Shown here: positions 59,962 to 64,000 of the stretch, in pieces
Layout: the number at the start of each line of letters is the position of its first letter
Numbering within the stretch: position 1 is the stretch's first letter
Assembly: GCA_049287045.1 (NCBI GenBank)
Contig: JBAQFC010000008.1
Location: 22,198 to 86,197, forward strand
DNA length: 64,000 nt
Source: Minisyncoccia bacterium
GTDB taxonomy: Bacteria > Patescibacteriota > Minisyncoccia > Phycocordibacterales > UBA9973
Direction of reading: 5' to 3'
Position numbers and translations under genes: made by a program
Notes under the pieces: generated by a model
The model's input: only the letters and a program-made list of their open reading frames with translations
Databases searched by the model: none
Told to the model about the DNA's origin: nothing

Positions 59962-61038
59962 ATGACAGCACTAATTACATTTGCCATCTTAGCGATATTA
60001 TCACTAGGTTGGTTAGGCTTTACTTTGCTTTTAAAGCAATTGGGAAAAAATGACACTCACTTTACAGAACTTACAAAAGAAACTGGTAAAGGTGTTGTAA
60101 AGGGAAAGAACGTTGTAAACTTATTATTTAATTCCAAAAATGGTTTCTATGACAAAGAAGGAAACTGGAAGGAATGCAAAGACAACGAAGGAAACTTTAT
60201 ATGCAGACCACAAAATTTAGGTTCTTTGTTTGAAAAACTTGGCATAACCTTCTTTGGGTTAAGTCCAATTAATGAAATCCTTAAATTTAAAGTTTATCAA
60301 AATGATGAACAATTTGAAGAACATACATCTTTCAAGCATCTCTATGACTTTAGAATCATAGTAAAGGAAGTTGAATTATTGGGTGGTGAAATTAAAATAG
60401 ATTTAGATCTAAAGTTTAGGTTTAAGGTAATGAATATTACCAAACTGCTCTTTCTCTCACAACCTGATGGAATCACAATCTACAAAGCTTCAGCTGACAT
60501 AGAAACAGCTGTCAACAATTTTGTGAGAAATAAAGAATGGGATGCGTTTGAAAAAGCAGACAAAACAAGTAAAGATTCTGATTTTATCAGACAAATTACT
60601 GAATCCATTAATGAAACCACATTAAGAACCCTAGGAATAGAGGTTGATAGTATGAAACTTGCAAACTATGGCATAAGCAAAGGTCCATCAAATGAAGAAG
60701 TAGATAAATCGCTTTCTGAAAATTTAATAGCGGAAAACGAAGGAAAAGCTCTGATTACGAGATCAGAGACCGCAGCCAAGGTTTTGGAAATTAAAACCAA
60801 TTCTGAAGGCAAGGCCTTAATCGACAGCGCTAAATTTGCAAAAGATGCACACATACTTACGACAGAAGCTGAAGCACACCGCTTTGGTGAGATGAGTAAA
60901 GTTGCAAAGAAAAATCCTGGGATAATCCCGTTTATGAATTTGGAACAAGTGAAAGAGACACAGATACGTGTCCTTGGAGCTAATGTAATATCCACCATTA
61001 ATGTTGATGGTGATGAAACTAAAAAGGAGGGAAAATAA
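59962..61038 (+). CDS. SPFH/Band-7 (flotillin/HflK-like) domain membrane protein
   Basis: N-terminal TM, a central SPFH-like region, and C-terminal Ala/Glu/Lys-rich helical repeats (AENEGKALITRSETAAKVLEI...). Confidence 0.5.
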   Translation: MTALITFAILAILSLGWLGFTLLLKQLGKNDTHFTELTKETGKGVVKGKNVVNLLFNSKNGFYDKEGNWKECKDNEGNFICRPQNLGSLFEKLGITFFGLSPINEILKFKVYQNDEQFEEHTSFKHLYDFRIIVKEVELLGGEIKIDLDLKFRFKVMNITKLLFLSQPDGITIYKASADIETAVNNFVRNKEWDAFEKADKTSKDSDFIRQITESINETTLRTLGIEVDSMKLANYGISKGPSNEEVDKSLSENLIAENEGKALITRSETAAKVLEIKTNSEGKALIDSAKFAKDAHILTTEAEAHRFGEMSKVAKKNPGIIPFMNLEQVKETQIRVLGANVISTINVDGDETKKEGK

Positions 61039-61655
61039 TGGAAACATTTTTAGAAATTGCCTTAGGCATAGTAGCTTTTGTTGTATTAATTTTTGTTATC
61101 TCGTTAATTAAAAAAGGTGGCAAGGTTAAAGTAAAAGTAGAATTGGGATGGTTCAAAAAAAATGGACTGTTTATAATATTCTACATACTAGGAATAATCT
61201 TCATGCAAATGCAGTGCCCTCTACTTTGGCACGTGTGGTATGATTTTCCTTTATTCTTTTGGATTACCAATGCAATTGTTTTAATTGTATTGATCTTTTT
61301 TAGAGATTTTTTGTTTTTTGCGGTTTTGATTATTATTGTATTGATTGGTTTGAATTACACAATACCCTTTTTTGCACACAGCAGTCATGGTACACCAACA
61401 ATACAAACAATAGAAAAACAAGAAGCAAAAAAAGTATTTTATAAGTTTTCTGCAAATGTAAAATGTATTTCAGTTTATTTAAAAAGTGAAACTGCATTTT
61501 ACCCTAAGGGTGGAAAAATAATTATAAAATCTCCATCAGGGACTACATGGGAATTAAAACCAGGTGAAGTCCTAGATATGGGTCGCCAACTTGCAGGCTG
61601 GTTTTCGGTCTGCCAAGGTGAACCAAGTAATTATGGAGTAGAAGTATTGAATTAA
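61038..61655 (+). CDS. polytopic membrane protein translationally coupled to the SPFH gene (possible NfeD-like partner)
   Basis: ATGA start/stop overlap; ~4 TM helices followed by a ~90-aa beta-rich soluble C-terminal domain. Confidence 0.4.
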   Translation: METFLEIALGIVAFVVLIFVISLIKKGGKVKVKVELGWFKKNGLFIIFYILGIIFMQMQCPLLWHVWYDFPLFFWITNAIVLIVLIFFRDFLFFAVLIIIVLIGLNYTIPFFAHSSHGTPTIQTIEKQEAKKVFYKFSANVKCISVYLKSETAFYPKGGKIIIKSPSGTTWELKPGEVLDMGRQLAGWFSVCQGEPSNYGVEVLN

Positions 61656-61685
61656 GGGCATAATATCGCATTGCCCAATGCAAAC

Positions 61686-61720
61686 AAAAAGCCGTTCACA
61701 AATTGTGAACGGCTTTTTTT
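61686..61720. terminator. bidirectional Rho-independent terminator
   Basis: aaaaagccgttcaca-aatt-tgtgaacggcttttt perfect 15-bp stem. Confidence 0.6.
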
Positions 61721-61728
61721 ATTTTAAT

Positions 61729-62097
61729 TTAATTTATCTTCAACTCACCACTCCCTGCCGGAGGATTGTAATTACCTAAATCAACTTTACCTGTACTAGG
61801 ATTGATCTCTGTTGTGGAGATGTTTAGAGTATTCATAACAATTGAAAGAATAGTCCAGACTCCCATCATAATCGTAATCCCTATCAACCCATAAACCATG
61901 TGACTTTTTCCTGTTGTTTTCTTTTCTTCATTGTCTTGATTAGAAATAAAGACAAATACTCCCCAAAGAAAATAAGCTAAAGCTAAAGCAAAAAGTAAAA
62001 CGATTAGCGGATTGATAATCAGGTTGTTGACGTTCTGGATAAATTTATCCAGACTCTCACCAGCGGCATAAGCGACATTTGTAAAGAAAAAATTCAT
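61729..62097 (-). CDS. VirB2/TrbC-like pilin-family small membrane protein, paralog 1
   Basis: Hydrophobic N-terminus; core PLIVLLFALALAYFLWGV - charged loop (NQDNEEKKTTGKS) - MVYGLIGITIMMGVWTIL; architecture shared with the four paralogs upstream. Confidence 0.4.
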   Translation of the reverse strand: MNFFFTNVAYAAGESLDKFIQNVNNLIINPLIVLLFALALAYFLWGVFVFISNQDNEEKKTTGKSHMVYGLIGITIMMGVWTILSIVMNTLNISTTEINPSTGKVDLGNYNPPAGSGELKIN

Positions 62098-62117
62098 TAA
62101 TTTTTTAAGTAATTAGA

Positions 62118-62480
62118 TTAACAACCGATTGTTCCTGGGATACAAGGAGCAGTAATGCCCTGTGAACCACCACCAACACCGATACCGAAAGTATTAGCGA
62201 TAATACCAACTAGACCCCACATACCAACGATAACTACTAGACCGATAAGACCGTAGATCATTTTATCTCTTCCGGCCGTTTTAGCTTCTTCTTCTTTTGC
62301 AAGAACATAAGAAACAACTCCCCAGATGAAATAAATAACGGCTAGAGTAATAAGAATAGGTACTACAGTGTTAAGAAGACCTCCGATTGTAGTAATGATA
62401 TCACCCACTGTATTTACAGCGAAAGCAAAAGGAGCTAAGACTAAACCAAAAGCGACTAATGGAATTAATTTATTTTTCAT
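62118..62480 (-). CDS. VirB2/TrbC-like pilin-family small membrane protein, paralog 2
   Basis: Sec signal (..APFAFA|VNT); LLNTVVPILITLAVIYFIWGVVSYVLAKEEEAKTAGRDKMIYGLIGLVVIVGMWGLVGIIANTFGIGVGGG parallels the VirB2 mature region. Confidence 0.45.
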   Translation of the reverse strand: MKNKLIPLVAFGLVLAPFAFAVNTVGDIITTIGGLLNTVVPILITLAVIYFIWGVVSYVLAKEEEAKTAGRDKMIYGLIGLVVIVGMWGLVGIIANTFGIGVGGGSQGITAPCIPGTIGC

Positions 62481-62590
62481 ATGATTTTAATTTTTAATTA
62501 ATAATAATTGATAATTTAAAGCGACCTTTTATAACTTTCCTAAATATTAGGGTAATTTAATTATAACAACAAAAACCTCAAAAGCAAATA

Positions 62591-62977
62591 TTAATGGGTC
62601 TGAAGTTGTGGAATGGCATTGTTTATACCAAAAGTATTTCCGATGATAGCCACAAGGCCCCATATCGAAACCATCACGGCCAAAGCAATAAGACCCCATA
62701 TCATAAACTGTCGACCTTTTGCCCTTTTTGACTCTTCTTCAGCGCCCAAAATCACATACTGAACTACTCCCCAAATGAAAGCAGCTACAGCCAAAGCAAA
62801 CACAAGAGGAATAACTGATCTAGATATATTACAAGTAACAAAATTTAATAAATCACCAAATTTAGGATTTGGTACCAAGGTACAACTGGCAACAGTTGTG
62901 GTTTGAGCAAAAGAAACAATCGGTAAAAGAAAGGAAGTGACAAAAATTATAGAAGAAAGTTTTTTAAAATTTTTCAT
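62591..62977 (-). CDS. VirB2/TrbC-like pilin-family small membrane protein, paralog 3
   Basis: Sec signal (..PIVSFA|QTT), two Cys in the mature N-terminus, then the FIWGVVQYV...EEESKRAKGRQFMIWGLIAL...NTFGI core. Confidence 0.45.
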   Translation of the reverse strand: MKNFKKLSSIIFVTSFLLPIVSFAQTTTVASCTLVPNPKFGDLLNFVTCNISRSVIPLVFALAVAAFIWGVVQYVILGAEEESKRAKGRQFMIWGLIALAVMVSIWGLVAIIGNTFGINNAIPQLQTH

Positions 62978-63024
62978 TTGGTTTAATAAAATACTGTTGA
63001 TATAAATTGATTAGCTTATAAAAA

Positions 63025-63399
63025 TTAAAGTGCCAGTATTGTATTCGTTATAATCTGAGCAATTGCCCATGCCCCTAAAAGAATTGCTGCACCTATTACT
63101 GTATAAAGTAAGGATTTTTTGGCTACTTCAATTTCTCCAGGGTTACCACGAGCTTTTACAAAAAGAAAACCACTGTATATTATAGCCAAGGCAATAATAG
63201 GAATACCTATTTTTATAGCTCCTTGAAGAAGAATTTTTATAAAATCATTTAAACTAGTAACACTAATCGGTGGGCAAATTTTACCACCAGCTGGGTCACA
63301 AATTTGAACAGTTCCTTGAGCAAAAACGGTAAAAACTGGAACAAGGAGAATAAAGGCAAATAGGGACAATTTATGTATATTTTTCTTAATAAAATTCAT
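63025..63399 (-). CDS. VirB2/TrbC-like pilin-family small membrane protein, paralog 4
   Basis: Sec signal (..FTVFA|QGT), a CDPAGGKIC pair of Cys, and the same two-helix core. Confidence 0.4.
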   Translation of the reverse strand: MNFIKKNIHKLSLFAFILLVPVFTVFAQGTVQICDPAGGKICPPISVTSLNDFIKILLQGAIKIGIPIIALAIIYSGFLFVKARGNPGEIEVAKKSLLYTVIGAAILLGAWAIAQIITNTILAL

Positions 63400-63418
63400 G
63401 TGTATATTGTAACACTAT

Positions 63419-64000
63419 TTAAAACCCAATCCAAGAACCTTCATAACCTAGAGTTGTTAATATTAGCTCAATAATCAACCAGGAACCAGCGGCCAAGGCA
63501 ATACCAATAACTGCATTAGAAAATATCTTTTTGGCTTGTTCAGACTTGTGTGCATTACCACCCGATGTCACCATTTGGAACCCAGCGTAGACAAACATCA
63601 GAGCTGCAATAGGTACAGCCAAAGCAAATAAAACAAACTTAATAACATTGTTTACAAGTTGCATTAATTCATTAAATCCGCAGCCATTGGGACAGGCAGG
63701 GATTAACCCGCCAGCTGGACTGGAAGTATCTCGGACAAAAGAACCAGTGGTTGTGCTATTAGAACCCATACTTGTACTATTGGTAGAGTTAGCGTTAAAT
63801 TCTGTTACGGTCGACGCTGTGGGAACACAAGCACTTATTACTGTATCCCATGTAAAATTAGCAGGACATGTTTGAACTGTGTTTGCATTAAAATCTGTTA
63901 CAGTCGCGGCTGTGGGGACACAAGCACTTATTACTGTATCCCATGTAAAATTAGCAGGACATGTTTGTGATGTGTTTTGTGCGAAAGAAAAAGATGGAAT
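63419..64000 (-). CDS. larger secreted protein with N-terminal Cys-containing 25-aa tandem repeats and C-terminal VirB2/TrbC-like two-TM domain (5' end beyond window)
   Basis: The frame stays open upstream of the Met at 63769 through 63770-64000, encoding ...TCPANFTWDTVISACVPTA(S/A)TVTEFNA... repeats. The C-terminal half matches paralogs 1-4. Confidence 0.4.
   Translation of the reverse strand: MPSFSFAQNTSQTCPANFTWDTVISACVPTAATVTDFNANTVQTCPANFTWDTVISACVPTASTVTEFNANSTNSTSMGSNSTTTGSFVRDTSSPAGGLIPACPNGCGFNELMQLVNNVIKFVLFALAVPIAALMFVYAGFQMVTSGGNAHKSEQAKKIFSNAVIGIALAAGSWLIIELILTTLGYEGSWIGF
63790..63941. repeat. tandem 75-bp direct repeat (two near-identical units) encoding 25-aa Cys-containing protein repeats
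   Basis: Units ...ctgttacggtcgacgctgtgggaacacaagcacttattactgtatcccatgtaaaattagcaggacatgtttg... are repeated with ~90% identity. A third partial unit appears to start at the window end. Confidence 0.6.

Noticed and set aside
63790-63941. Possible CRISPR array (direct repeats)
   Set aside because: Only two and a half 75-bp units, with no unique spacers between them. The units are contiguous and translate in frame as protein repeats of the pilin-like gene.
15417-64000. A complete type IV secretion system
   Set aside because: Only a coupling-protein-like ATPase and VirB2-like pilin candidates, 45 kb apart, are present. No VirB4, VirB6, VirB8-B11 or relaxase homologs were recognised in the window.

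Overview
Low-GC (~30-33%), gene-dense window, coded almost entirely on the minus strand, that reads like a reduced-genome bacterium of the CPR/Patescibacteria type: alanyl-tRNA synthetase and IF-2 are truncated, AtpH, L13 and DnaJ are short, and RRM, PaaX-like and RhuM/Doc proteins are present.

Core content:
- a complete F1Fo ATP synthase operon (atpB-E-F-H-A-G-D-C);
- prfA and rpmE;
- a grpE / dnaK / dnaJ-like heat-shock region;
- the rpsI–rplM–rplQ–rpoA–rpsD–rpsK–rpsM–rpmJ–infA ribosomal/RNAP block;
- alaS, mnmA, mltG, typA, a Znu-type metal ABC transporter, an MgtA-type P-type ATPase, clpB, an IscS-like cysteine desulfurase and infB–rbfA;
- six tRNAs: Ile, Tyr, Cys, Leu(TAA), Lys, Leu(TAG).

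Most noteworthy observations:
1. Several families of short GC-rich palindromic elements sit IN FRAME inside conserved genes (mnmA, and the cysteine desulfurase twice). One 75-nt family also has a copy in the tRNA cluster, and its internal hairpin shows compensatory base changes between copies. This resembles RPE-like selfish elements or structured RNAs.
2. There are tRNA-derived remnants: a tRNA-Leu acceptor-stem mimic, and degenerate copies of the tRNA-Tyr 3' end and anticodon arm next to a PD-(D/E)XK nuclease.
3. A T4SS coupling-protein-like ATPase and a leaderless RhuM–Doc/Fic toxin-like gene lie between dnaK and the dnaJ-like gene. A PaaX-family regulator sits divergently in front of dnaK where hrcA would be expected.
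4. At the 3' end of the window is a tandem array of five paralogous secreted two-TM small proteins with the architecture of VirB2/TrbC conjugative pilins. The last one is fused to Cys-containing 25-aa tandem repeats that run off the window.

No rRNA, CRISPR array, integrase or transposase was seen.
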